From contig NW_025963780.1 in the NCBI RefSeq assembly GCF_023055435.1, positions 20,398,001-20,462,000 of the forward strand: DNA of 64,000 nt. Direction: 5' to 3'. The notes beneath the pieces are model-generated. The model saw only the letters and a program-made list of their open reading frames with translations. It did not search any database and was not told the DNA's origin. This document shows positions 63,761 to 64,000 of the stretch, in pieces. A program made the position numbers and the translations under genes. This stretch comes from Haliotis rufescens (Eukaryota). Positions within the stretch are counted from its first letter, which is position 1. Every line of letters starts with the position of its first letter.

Positions 63761-64000
63761 CTTGGACCCAACCATTTTAATATAAGCATTAGTTAGGGAA
63801 TTAGGCTGTCGAACTGGTGGGACGTCTGCGTAATGGGGGGACACCTTTTCGATAGATAATCGAGACGGGAAATAGAATGTTTTAAAGGTTTGTCACAAAT
63901 ATATAAAAGCAAATGGGCCTAAAAGTCTTCCGTAGGATCTTGATATTTCAAGATTATTCACTTATTCACGTATTTTTACATCTTAGGGTGTTAACATATA

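Overview
AT-rich, repeat-dense animal genomic DNA, probably a mollusc/gastropod judging from the SINE families (inference), with two assembly gaps. The main gene is a complete 13-coding-exon, 593-aa SLC6/NSS transporter on the minus strand (42026..16079). I reconstructed it by hand: all introns are GT-AG and all phases are compatible. Its canonical Cl-, Na1 and gate residues are systematically replaced. Its introns hold (1) an apparently intact 5.36-kb autonomous PIF/Harbinger transposon with a 4-exon transposase, an 8-exon Myb/SANT gene, 24-bp perfect TIRs and a CAG TSD; (2) a ~39-copy minisatellite built from the exon 8 splice donor; (3) several decayed copies of the start of exon 3; and (4) a Penelope-like relic, MITEs and SINEs. 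Elsewhere are a near-intact Tc1 element (DD34E, two lesions), decayed mariner/Tc1/Penelope relics, several minisatellites (one with a 585-bp higher-order repeat) and four SINE families. No genuine tRNA, rRNA or CRISPR array was found.
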